Under the pieces are notes generated by a model. It made no database searches and was not told the DNA's origin. It saw only the letters and a list, made by a program, of their open reading frames with translations. Source: Macrostomum lignano (lineage: Eukaryota). Taken from it: a stretch of 52,414 bases of DNA. Of the stretch, positions 13,006-25,185 are shown in pieces; within the stretch, counting starts at the first letter, position 1; the number at the start of each line of letters is the position of its first letter. The position numbers and the translations under genes were made by a program. The stretch is from assembly GCA_002269645.1 (NCBI GenBank), contig NIVC01002980.1, forward strand, positions 1-52,414, written 5' to 3'.

Positions 13006-13193
13006 TGACAAGACGGGTTCTGAAAAGAATCGGTACATGATGTGCATTTTCCATAAAAAAATTAGGAAAAACACATTTTCATACTCGACGGGGCACTGTA
13101 CGCTCCGGCCCCCCTTACATGTAAATCCGCCACTGAACCTGGCTCCCCACTTTTTGAAACGTTCCTACGCCAATGTTTCACGTAGATCCGCGA

Positions 13194-14777
13194 ATGAAGC
13201 ATCGCCTTCCAAATCCGATGCTGCTGGCAGTCGTCATTATGGTGGCGGGCAGCTGCCTGCAGGCCGCCGGCGCACCCAGCAGATCGCCGACGCCAGCCGA
13301 GGAGTCGGCAAACCGCTACATTGACCTGCTGATGGCCAAGCTCGGGCCGCACCTGCGCGAGAACAACATGGACCCGCTGCCCCTGGACAACCTGGTGATT
13401 GACTTCTCCAAGAAGATCCTGCTGGTCACCGTGCACGGCAGCATCGGCCTCACGGATGGCCGGATGCACGGCCTGTCCACTCTGCACCGCTCCGGCGACT
13501 GCCGCATTGAGACACAGGGAAACACTCTCACCATTGATGCCAATGTAGGTGCATCGCGTCCTTTAACTGTCATTATAGACATGCACCTGCTAATTTAGAG
13601 CCCTCTCTTTGGAAGCAAGTCTCGAACACAGTTGCTAAACTTGCATGTACATGTAGTGTACAGATGTGAAGATGGGAAGATGCATGTAGGAAAAATTCTC
13701 CTTTCTTCATCACAGAATCAATTTGATAGCATTTTTTCTGGGGCCAGGGAAGATTGCCAGTTCTTTAATTTAACATGTACAGCATGTCACTCTGCTGTGT
13801 TTTATATGGTAAATTCTGTGATGAGTTTCATTTTTATATTGTTTTTTATTTCATAAGCTTGGATGAAGTATATTTGTAATAAAAATGTTGCATGTAGGTC
13901 GCAACAGCAATTACGAGCTATAATTAAACTACGAGTTTAATTATATCTACAATTAATAGATTGAGAGTACCTGCATGCAATACTTCTTTATCTTTTCAAG
14001 AAGCAACAAAACAAAAATTTCACTCGAGTACATGTACTTACAACTTTGGCTTGGGCTTATCAAAAAGCATGAAAATGATACTTACACCACAACTCCACAA
14101 CTATATAATAATATAAAATACAACAGCACCAGAGTAACATGCTGTACATGCTTAATTAAAGAAATGACAATCTTCACTGTTCCAGATCTAAATATGCAAA
14201 CAGTGATTTTGTGATGAAAACAGTTCAATTTTCCCATCTCTGAAGTGTATTTTTCCGACGTTGTGAAATTTCGACCTTGTGAAAGCACCACCTCCAGTGG
14301 TCCTTGTGAATCCACTCCATGCACATGTGTAACAGCTAGTAGGGTTCCCTCAGCCTTCCCATCATGACATTATACATGTACATTATAACGATTAACCTCC
14401 AAAATAGAAAACCCAAACCGAACGCCCAGATCGGGGTCAACAACCTCTGGGGCGCCTTCAACGGGCATGCAAAGTTCATGGGCATCGGCGTGGACTCGAA
14501 GCTGAGCCTGACGGTGGATCGGGTCACCGTGGACGCCCGGATCAGCGCCACTCTAGGCTCCGGCGACAGTCCCGACCTGGAGAGGTTCTCCATCTCGAGT
14601 ATGTCCAGCATCACGGTGCGGTTCAGCGGCCTGGGCCCGCTAGACTGGATCATCAACCCGGTGACCAACGCGCTGGTCAATGCGATCCGCGGCGCACTGG
14701 TCAAGGTGATCGAAGTCCTGGTGCGCATTCAGGTCAGGATGCTGCTGCAGGACATTCAGCTGCCGCTGCTGGCCTGA
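13194..14777 (+). CDS. Secreted Group 7 allergen (Der p 7)/TULIP-like lipid-binding protein; exons 13194-13544 and 14430-14777
   Basis: Signal-peptide-like N-terminus and ANRYID...DPLPL...GRMHGLSTLHRSGD motif. Phase-0 GT (13545) and AG (14429) join IDAN|IGVNNL in frame. Confidence 0.7.
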
Positions 14778-14989
14778 ACTGTCGGTGTATTTCCATGGTA
14801 ACAGACAGCCCAATGGCTAAGTAAATCCCGTGCGCGCTTGCGGTCTCTGAATGAATAAACCAACTCAGCAATAAATAACCAAGGTCATTGCATTGTGCAG
14901 TTGCCACGCAGCCCTGATTGCATGGGATCAAGATTTACACGCAAGAGTAGAATAAGTTTTCCCATCTGATCCCCTCCGTATGCGTCTTA

Positions 14990-15543
14990 ATCCCACTAAT
15001 CTGCATCTCCCCTCCAAGCCTCCCATAAGTTCCATCAATCTGCATGTCCCCTGCCGGCTCCCAGCCTCTCATTATTCCCATCAATCTGCATCTCCCCCCC
15101 CCCAGCCTCTCAATAATTCCATCAATCTGCATCTCCCCTCCCAGCCTCTCATTAATCCCATCAATCTGCATCTCATTCCCAGCCTCTCATTAATCTCATC
15201 AATCTGCATCTCCCCTCCCAGCCTCTTATTATTCCCAATCCCATCAATCTGCATCTCCCCTCCCAGCCTCTCATTAATCTCATCAATCTGCATCTCCCCT
15301 CCCAGCCTCTCATTAATCCCATCAATCTGCATCTCCCCCCCAGCCTCTCATTAATCCCATCAATCTGCATCTCCCCTCCCAGCCTCTCACTAATCTCATC
15401 AATCTGCATCTCCCCTCCCAGCCTCTCATTAATCCCATCAATCTGCATCTCCCCTTCCCAGCCTCTCACTAATTCCATCAATCTGCATCTCCCCTTCCCA
15501 GCCTCTCACTAATCCCGTCTGTCTGCATATCCCCTCCCAGCCT
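14990..15543. repeat. ~39-bp minisatellite, ~14 copies
   Basis: Unit aatcccatcaatctgcatctcccctcccagcctctcatt. Confidence 0.95.
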
Positions 15544-16215
15544 ATTAGTCAAGTACATGGTAAAAAATGAATTGCTTAAATACACAAACAGGTTTCAGTT
15601 ATGGCTTTAAAGTTGAAGAGCTCCGCGCAACCAGGACGGAGAATAAGCAGTCCGGAGAGAGTTACACACCAGTTTATTCTGCAAAAAACACAAATAAAAT
15701 ATTCGGCCCGGTCAAATTTTGCATTGTCACGTGACAATAGTGAAGGCAGTATTAACTGAATTTGGGTGATCAAATCAGCTGCTGACAGACTCAGCTCAAA
15801 GCCATGGCAATAAATAAATAAAAATCAGGAATGAACCAAACTGTTTCACAGTCACAATAAAAAGGCTGCAATATTTCTACTAACTAAAATTGCTACAGTA
15901 TTCAATCGCCCCGGTACAAAGCAATAAAAAAAGCAAAAGTGGCTACTGAACCGCTCTATGTAAGTAGTGCGGATAGAAAAAGAACGCACAAGATTAGCAT
16001 GTTAAATATTGTGCGATCTGTGGGCTCTGTGCAGGTTTTGGAGATTGGCTTCAACAACTGTGGATTTTGGAGTTCATGAAATTGCTTGCACCGCATTGGG
16101 GAAGTGAAATACGGCTGGTGCATGAAGCTACAGGGAATTTGAATGTCTGGCAGAAATGAATGAAGCCTGCCAGCTTGGGGAATGTGCAAGCGAATGTCGT
16201 GAACGGCCCGGCCGG

Positions 16216-19200
16216 TCAGTCCAGCAGGTGCGGCGCCAGCAGGCCGCCAGAGTGGGCGCTGTACAGACCTACGTGGCGCAGCAGGCTGGGGTACACCGCC
16301 AGCACCCGCCTGCCGGCCGACCGCATCGCCGCGTCCACCTGCTCGGCGCCCCAGCAGCCAGTCAGCGGCGAGGCGCGGCCGCCGGAGCCGTTCAACAGCA
16401 GCTGTGACTGGCGCGGCAGCAGCACGGCGGAGAAGTTGGCGGACAGCGGCTCGTCCAGGCTGTAGATGCGGGTGAGGGCGTGGCGGGCGGCCAGCCAGTT
16501 GGGGCGGCCCACCGCCACGGCCACCGCCAGCGAGTAGATGAAGAGGAAGCTGGCCAGGCAGAGGTTCGGCAAGAACAGCATGGGGTTGCAGAACATCCGG
16601 TAGTACAGCATGAAGCAGGCGCCGCCGATGCAGCCGCCGATGAGCATGAGCTCCAGCCAGGTGCCGGCGTCCAGCCAGCGGTAGCGGAGCTCGCTGGCCG
16701 GCGAGTGCAGGTGCACCAGGCCCACCCGGGCCAGGCGCTGGTCGCCGTACCTGCGGGCCAGCTTCGAGTCCATGATGTCGTGCAGGGCGGAGACCGCGTC
16801 CAGCCTCGCCAGCTGGTCGTCCTCCACCACAGCCAGCCAGTCCGCGTCGGGGCTGGCGGCGGCCAGGGCGCCCAGGCACCAGGCCCAGTCCGCCTTCGGC
16901 CGGCAGCGGCTGGCGCTGGCGCTGACGGGCAGCGGCAGCTCGGGCGGGTGCTGGCGGGACAGCACCGGCAGCGCCTGGAGATGCGAGGGGCTCAGCTACA
17001 GACTCAGCTACAGACTGACCAACAGACAGCTACAGACTGACCAACAGACAGCTACAGACTGACCAACAGACAGCTACAGACTGACCAACAGACAATTATA
17101 GACTAACCAACAGACAATTATAGACTAACCAACAGACAATTATAGACTAACCAACAGACAATTATAGACTAACCAACAGACAATTATAGACTAACCAACA
17201 GACAGGTAAATACTTACCTACAGGCACTCCAGCTACATTACAGATATCTGTGCTACAAAGATCACAGCTACAGGCACCCAATCTACAGACCCTGAAGCTA
17301 CTCTAGCAACAGACAGACACTCCAGAAACAGACACACTCCAGCTACAGACACACAGCTACAAACGAACACTCCAGCTACAGACAGACACTCCAGCTACAG
17401 ACACACTCCAGCTACAGAACACACTCCAGACACTCCAGCTACAGACAGACACTCCACTCCGGCTACAGACAGACACTCCAGCTACAGACACACTCCAGCT
17501 ACAGACAGACACTCCAGCTACAGACACACTCCAGCTACAAACGAACACTCCAGCTACAGACAGACACTCTAGCTACAGAGAGCCAATCCAGCTACAGACA
17601 GACACTCTAGCTACAGAGAGCCAATCCAGCTACAGACACTCCAGCTACAGACAGACACTCCAGCTACAGACAGACACTCCAGCTACAGACAGACACTCCA
17701 GCTACAGACAGAATCCAGCTACAGACAGACACTCCAGCTACAGCTACAGACACACTCCAGCTACATACAGACACACTCCAGCTACAGACAGACACATCCA
17801 GCTACAGACAATCCAGCTACAGACAATCCAGACAGACAATCCAGCTACAGACAGACACTCCAGCTACAGATAGACACTCCAGCTACAGACAGACACTCCA
17901 GCTACAGCAATCCAGCTACAGACAGACACTCCAGCTACAGACAGACACTCCAGCTACAGACAATCCAGCTACAGATAGACACTCCAGCTACAGACAATCC
18001 AGCTACAGATAGACACTCCAGCTACAGACAGACACTCCAGCTACAGACAATCCAGCTACAGACAGACACTCCAGCTACAGACAGACACACTCCAGCTACA
18101 GACAGACACACTCCAGCTACAGACAATCCAGCTACAGACAGACCTGCTCCCAGCGCTTGGCCTCGGCGAACCGGTGCGGCTGCTGTTCGGCATTGCAGAC
18201 GGCCACCTGCAGGGAGCGGAAGCGGCCGCCGTAGAGCCGTTTGTCCCGGTCAGCGGAGGCCAACAGGGAGTGCAGAGTCTGCGTCAGGTAGTGTGGCTGG
18301 TAGGCATCAATGCGCCGGTTATTGCGGTCCACGGCCAGCACGGCCACGGCGAGTCGCGGGCCCTGCGAATGGGATAAATTTAACCGCAGTAACATAGCGG
18401 CCCTGAGACCTGTTAAAAACATTAGGACAAAAGATCCCAAAATGATGCCTCGCTTAAAATTGAAATCCGCAAACATTAACAGTCCCACTTTTGGGATAAA
18501 ATAGAAATAATATTTTTGAGCCCTAAAAAGGGCCGTTTCAGTATTAGCAAAAATCTGTTTGAATGTCAGAGCCAGACGCAAGTTTTTTAATCCTTACAAT
18601 TTCGATTAAATTTCCCCAAAAAATCTTCCGAATCACAGATTCTCTGATCTGTTGACTTTAAAAAAGCCAATCGAATTGAAAAAAAGATTTCCTAGAGTGC
18701 AACAACACCTTGACTTCCAAGCCATACCTCGGTGGTAACTGATAAACAAAAATTCCCAGTAGGGAATGGCCGTTTCAAACATCGATGTTTCAAATACAAA
18801 ACTTCCTGAAATTCTACTTATGTGGGATAAAACCAAAAAACATCATAAAGGTATATGAGCCTAAAAAGGGCCGTTTTAGCCATATCAAAAAAGGCTGTCT
18901 GAATGCCGAATGCAAATGCAGATTTCAAGGCTTACGGGAGGAGGGGCGCTGAGACGTCAGGGCTTACGGGAGGGGGAATTGCTGAGATTTCACGGCTCAG
19001 AGGTCAGAAGGTACATGTAGTTTATTCAATTTTTTTATTTCATTCTTTGTTGGCTCCCCAACGGGGGGACGCTGATTGCTAGTATATCCTTAAAACCTCA
19101 TTCGTCATTCGTTCAGGCCGGCGCACCTTGGCTCCCTCATCCGGCAGGTAGGCCCAGCGCTGGCCCTTCAGCGCGGCAATATAGCTGTTGCCCTGGGCGA

Positions 19201-19417
19201 CGCGTCTCTCGTCCTCGTTGCGCAGGTGGAAGTTGGTCTTGCGCAGGTCGCCGGGCCAGTAATAGGCGGAGTGGGGCAGCCCGGCGCACAGCAGCGGCAG
19301 CAGGACGCAGAAGGTCACGAGCACCTGCAGCAGCATCACCCGGATTGGGAGGCCGCGGCTGAAGTTGCGCCAGACTATGCGGGCGGTGAACAGGGCCCGC
19401 GCCAGCTTGAGCTGCAT
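16216..19417 (-). CDS. PGAP4: PGAP4/TMEM246-like GPI-GalNAc transferase; exons 19127-19417, 18144-18362, 16216-16974
   Basis: TM segment followed by LPHSAYY; AVLAVDR...HYLTQ...VCN; VVEDD; two internal TM helices; C-terminal PSLLRHVGLYS. All junctions are phase-0 GT-AG and keep the frame. Confidence 0.75.
16990..18143. repeat. Compound minisatellite filling PGAP4 intron 2 (22-bp units, then ~16-20-bp units)
   Basis: (acagactgaccaacagacagct)n at 16990-17204 and (ctacagacagacactccag)n at ~17310-18143. Confidence 0.95.
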
Positions 19418-20266
19418 GCTGGCTGGCTGGCCTGATGCTGGAGGCTGCAGTTGATTGGCAGGTGCGGGCTGCTCAGACTGAAGATGGATTTGAATGAGAT
19501 CCTAGCAGCCAAGGGAGCTAATCGTGCCTAGTTAAACAAAATTTATAACATTGGTCAAAATTGGGATTCTAGTTATTGTTGGGATCTCAGGATGTGAATC
19601 AGGATTCTATGACATGCTCATAATCCACATTAAAATATTTCACTTACAAAAAATGCACTCATTCTACTCATTTTTCAGTAGCAAAGTTTGCATTTTTCCT
19701 TAATATTAAAAAAATTAAATTAGCATCTTCTATCTTGTTTTACCAACTCCAGACTGCTTCAGGAGTCTATATTAAAAAAAAATTTTGCTGCAAGATTAAA
19801 TTTAAGTCACATTAGCATAGACAACAATTGTCAGGATGGTGCATAGTGCTGGAGTGCCGACCTCCAAGGCCTGCAGTCCAACATTTCCTTAGGTCTATTT
19901 TTAACACTTTTTGCACTAAACCAAAGACTGCTATGAGAAGATTTTGGCATAGCTATTTCGAATGAAGCATGATGACATCACTTTTAATATTGATTTTGAT
20001 TATAGCTGTTATAGCAGTCAAAAGTGTAGCTAAAGTACAACAAATATGAAATAGACAATGCTTCCACAATGGCATGAATTTGGGCAAAAAGGACTTAATA
20101 ATAAGGTAATCTAAAAGTCCAATTTCTGGGACTTCACAATTTTTTTAACTTAAAAATTCAAGCCAAAAATCAAAAGCTTTTTTGCATTTTAGCATTTGTT
20201 CTTTTGCTTGCATAGATTTTTAATTCAAGCTTCCCTTTATTTTAGACACTTCTAATCTTATATCCA

Positions 20267-20541
20267 TACATGCGCAACAGTCGGCCGACCGATTTGGCAG
20301 CCAACCAAGGAAGTCGCAAAAATGCCCACCCGAAAAATTAACCAAGTAGTAGTACTAAGTAGCTGACGAGGCATTTTGGCTTAATAGGACAGTCATAGTT
20401 ACTCCTGCCGTTTACCCAAAGTTGCGTTAATTTTGCTTTAGGGTTTTTTTACATGTAAGTCACATTTTTGGCCAAAAACTACGTCGCATTTTTGTTAAAA
20501 CTAAGTTGCATGGCTGACGAATTTCGGAGGTTGCGCATGTA
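20267..20541. mobile_element. MITE (~270 bp) with short TIRs and TA ends
   Basis: TA-CATGCGCAAC ... GTTGCGCATG-TA. It keeps CpGs inside a CpG-poor region. Confidence 0.6.
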
Positions 20542-20689
20542 TGCTTATATCTAAATCTAATGATTGATCATTAGTAAATAAATTCAATGGGATAGAATTG
20601 ACATATATAAGTTTAGATATTGCATTATCTACATGTTTTGCTCTTCAGTTGATATGTTTGTTTATTGATATTTTATAAAGATTCAGTCA

Positions 20690-21420
20690 ATAAATCTGAA
20701 TGATACTTTTAGCCCTGATTATCATCATGTGACATGTCATAATTTTTAGCCAGTTGCCTAAAATGGCCAAGTCTAAGAATATAAAATGGAATTTAGAGTG
20801 GCTCAAAGAGATAGATAAGAATGGCAATAAAATGACCTCTAGACATACTAAAGTGGCAAATTCAAATTAAAGTGCAGCTAGTGCAAAATAAAAAAGAATT
20901 TTAGCATTTGGAGCAGAGTGGTTTTACAAATATTCAAAGCTATTTATGTTCTAAGTAGCCTCTTTCCTAACCAAAGTAACATTAATAACCTTGAGCATAA
21001 CAATTTTTTTATTGGCTTCAGTAATGTCTATGGCATGAGATTATAACTAAAAAAGTGAAGCATTTACTTGGAGGATGATCTTGTTGAGGACCTCAAAACC
21101 ATCTGTAGCAACTTGTGAATACTTGCCAAGATATAGATTTGTGCAACCAAAGGTAACATAGCTGCTAACTGAGGCTCTACTTATACCTTTGCAATCTTAT
21201 CCTTGCCAATATATGAAAATTTCAGTGGTACTCCTTGCACATAGATGAGTTTAACAAAAAAGCCAAGTACCTTGGCATTATAGTGCACTTTTTTGTTGCA
21301 AGACTTATTCAGTATTACTGGCTTTTTGCATTATGTTGCAAGTTTGATATCAACTATGGCTACAAATCTAGATAAAACAATTTTTAAAATGACAATGAAA
21401 TTCCAATTGAATAGATTATC
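20690..21420 (+). pseudogene. Highly decayed non-LTR retrotransposon RT relic
   Basis: YLEDDLV (~21065-21085, YADD-like) followed at a plausible distance by KYLG (~21266-21277). No open frame. Confidence 0.4.
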
Positions 21421-21703
21421 TATAATGATAGACAATTGCAATATAATACAACATTCTAAGAGTGGAGTTGTTGAGTGAATCTTGAAGGAAAACCTTGGCT
21501 TTATAGGACTTGTCAACATGGCTATTTGCTGTATCATATCTATAATATGGTACAATATGTCTATGATACATTTGCCTTACAAAGTTCATTGAGATATTTA
21601 TCCACGACATTTATTGTCACTTTAAGTCAGGGGCCAGCAAACTTTTATACCTGAAAGACCAAATAAAGAATCTAGCTCATGACCATAAGCCAGATGAAAA
21701 TGG

Positions 21704-21862
21704 CAGAGAGAGAGAGAAAGAAAGAAGATTTGAAAGAAGAAAGTAGAAGAAATAAGAGAGGAATAAAGGAGATAAGAAAAGAAAAGAGATGAGAAGGGAG
21801 AAGAAAAGATAGGAGAGGAAAGGAAGAGAAAGAAGAAAATAGAGAAAACTAAAAAGAGACAA
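21704..21862 (+). repeat. Purine-only (GA-rich) low-complexity tract
   Basis: About 160 nt almost exclusively G/A. Confidence 0.85.
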
Positions 21863-23775
21863 GCCTTGGATAGATTAGATTGTTATTCTAAAGTGCCTAA
21901 AGACCCAAAGGCTAGATAGAAAGGCTTTGTGGGCCATATATAGCCTATAGGCCAGAGTTTACTAACCTCTGCTTTAAGTTTTCTATTAATGAAGAGGACC
22001 ATTTTTTTCATGAATGTTTTAAATTTTAAAAATGCTTGCCTTTTTACAAGTTGCAAATATTTGTTTGCTGTCAACAACAGTATTTATTATTGAGCATGTC
22101 CCAAATCAGTTTGTTTCTACTACATAAGAAAAAGCTAGACAAGAAGACTATGCTAGTATGCTTTTCGGTCAATATTTTGAAGCCACTGGAGCAATTTTAG
22201 CTTCTGTTCTAATAAGAAAGCTACCATGTGCATAGACTATATACATTACAATTGATCTTCAATGTTATAAAGCAATTGGCTTCTTTGTTTTATTAAGCCA
22301 AATTGTCAATTAAAATGTTTTTATCCTGTAAATAATAATGACACTACAATTCAACTGTTACTATATTTATAAGGACATTAGTAAATAAGCAAAATGAATT
22401 TTCTATCTGTCTACTATGCATGGGGAATTCTTTTTGGTTGGGACTATTAATTTGCACAATATATATATTTTTGGCAACTCTTGCACCTATCAAGTTTTAG
22501 ATGCTTTGAAGCAAAAGGATTTACATGCCATTTAGGCTTGGTTTTTTTGCTTATAAGCTCTTTGCCATGATTCTAAAGGCTAATATTGCCAACCTAGAAG
22601 GTGAGGTACAACTTTAGCAACTTAAGTTGGACAAGGCATAGCTTAATGACAATTTAATAGTTGCTTGGATCTAGAGTGCTATAGGTGACTGGCAAATGAC
22701 TATTATTTAACCATCTAATTAGAGCACTACTGGTCTTTCTACATGGTAATGCTAAGGTAGAATATATTTTCAAATAGTTTAATATTTATTTTATATTATA
22801 TATATATTATATATATTTTATACTAGATATATTTAAAATAGCTTAAACTACTAGGTCATGTGCTATAGATTTAAGAGCAAGGAACAAAAAGTCAAAAGTG
22901 CTCCTACCAAGGATAAATTGATTTTTGCATGCTAAACATTGGCTTCCTTAGGGCCTATCATCTAAGCTTAGGTTGCTGTCTAAAAATGATAAGAATAACA
23001 CTCTTACCAAACAAAATTTGGCCCTTAAAGGCTTAAAATCTTGATTAGGAGTGCAGAGCTAGTTTAGTTAATATCTGCATACTAGAGTTAGGAAGCATTG
23101 GTTGAAGAAATCTACTATTCAAGATAGATATAATTGAAATTGTCACCTTCAAAATTGTCATATGATGATAGGCCTAACAACTTGACCAAATGCAGCCAAA
23201 ATTGTCACATTCAAAGTTGTCATATGATGATGACAACTTAAACAAGTCTGGAAGACATAAAAATTTAAATATAACAACTTTGACCAAAGGCAAGGGTGTA
23301 ATAATCTAGGATTTTCTTACTTTTAGGCAAAAATCCCTTGTATACACCCATAATTTTTATAACAAGTGTAGAAGGGGTTAAATTTTATTCTAGGAAATTA
23401 TTATTATTCTTAAAGTTGAATTCTCACCAAAATAACATCTATTGTATAATTTGTTTTAATGTATAATTTTGTTTTAATGTAGAAATTTTGTTTTAATAAG
23501 GCGAAATAATTTTTGTTTTAGTTTGATGTTGTTTTATTGCATGTTACACGAGCCAATTAGACAAGATGTTAACCACTATAAATACAAGGCAAAAATTACA
23601 TTCTTTCTTTAACCTCAACCTCAACCTTTCGGGTTCCTAACTCAGTTAATAGGAAATTAAGATTTCTTGGTTCTACTGAATTAGTCCTTTGAAGCAGTAT
23701 TGCAGACTAAGTTACTGTGTTGGATAGCAAAGAGCGTTTTGCCAGTACAGTGATAAGCAGGGATTGCCAGTAAAG

Positions 23776-23877
23776 AGGGTGGAATACCCAATGTAAAGGG
23801 TGAAATACCCAGTGTAAAAGGGTGGAATACCCAGTGTAGAAGGGTGGAATACCCAATGTGAAAGTTGGATTACCCAG
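23776..23877. repeat. ~22-bp tandem repeat, 5 copies
   Basis: Unit aagggtggaatacccagtgta. Confidence 0.85.
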
Positions 23878-24849
23878 GAAGGGAGAATTTTCAGGTTGCT
23901 CAGATTAGTGTGATGCAGTTCTAAGTCATGAGAGACAGTAATAAAAGAAGCCGGAAACCCCTCAGTCTATGGTAAACGCCGTGTCTGGACTGGATAATTT
24001 TAGGAATTTAGCAGTAGTCAGCAGTGTTTTGCCGCTCGGGCACTGAAGCTACCAAGGGTAACTCGTAGCGACGATAGCCCATAACGTAAAAGTACATATA
24101 AGTATAGAAATAGGATTCTTAGAAATAGCAAACTTAGCAGATTTAGTACAGTTCAGTGATTAAACTTTAGAATTAAATAGAGAGCCAGAAGGCCTGCTAC
24201 AACTTGGTAATAGTAGTAGGATAGTTAAAATTAGGGAGTCTAACCCCTGGTACACAAGCATGTCAATTAATGCCGATTGCTAACTATTGAGACAAATATA
24301 TAATAGAATAGTAGAGGGGTGACAAATATCAAAACAAATTGATGCAAAGAGAACAATAGCAAAGAATGCAAGTTTAAACTTATATTTCTTTCATTGATAT
24401 AAATATTAAAAATTGGCCAATTAAGTAAAACACAAGGATAAAAATGAACTAACTACACTAGCTGACATTTTTATAAGGCTAGTAGTGATGATGCAAAAAA
24501 AATAGTTTAAAGTTAAAAGTAAATGTCATATTTCAATTTCAGTAGATAAAAATGTTACAAATTAAAAACTTTAATCAAAAGCTTGCAACCCTTAATGCAA
24601 TCCTTTAGACTAAAGCTGACTGCAGGCACGTAGGAATCTACGGATACTTAGCTGCCTAGCTGTGTACAATGTCCATAGCTCACTCTGAGTCACATATTTA
24701 GTTCAGTGTATTTAGCACGATGGTCCCAACTTTTGAAGCCCTGTAGTACCAGTTCTGCCTGCAAAGCAACAACATTGGTCTCTTTGTATAGTAGCTGGAG
24801 TAGCATATACAATAGAAGCTTTGCATAGCCTGTTCTGTTCTTTAGCTAA

Positions 24850-25185
24850 CAATTGTTACAGGGGGTTGCTTCCCTCTTTAGTTATCCCACTGCTGGTACC
24901 AAGTTGTAACAGTGGTGAATCCTATACACTGAGAATCCCACCGCTGAGACACTAAGTTGTTACAGGCGTTTTACCTCCTACTTTATCAATTTTAATCCCA
25001 CCCGCTGGCCGCTGATACCAAGTTGTACAGGCCTTTTGGCTCTCTATAAGAATTCCACTGTTATGCCACCACGTTGTTCCAGGTGTGTTTCCTGTGCACT
25101 GAGAATGCCACCAAATTGTAACAGGGGTGATTCTTTCTTCTTAATAATAATTTCACACTGTCACCAAAAGCTATCACAGGGCTAA
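24850..25185. repeat. Degenerate ~55-bp tandem array
   Basis: Recurrent ccac...ccaagttgtaacagg core, about 6 times. Confidence 0.6.

Noticed and set aside
14935-15481. Repeat-encoded ORFs (MQIDGINERLGG...)
   Set aside because: Translations of a minisatellite.
15956-17062. Multiple overlapping ORFs around PGAP4 exon 3
   Set aside because: These are GC-rich shadow frames; only 16216-16974 has family motifs and splice support.
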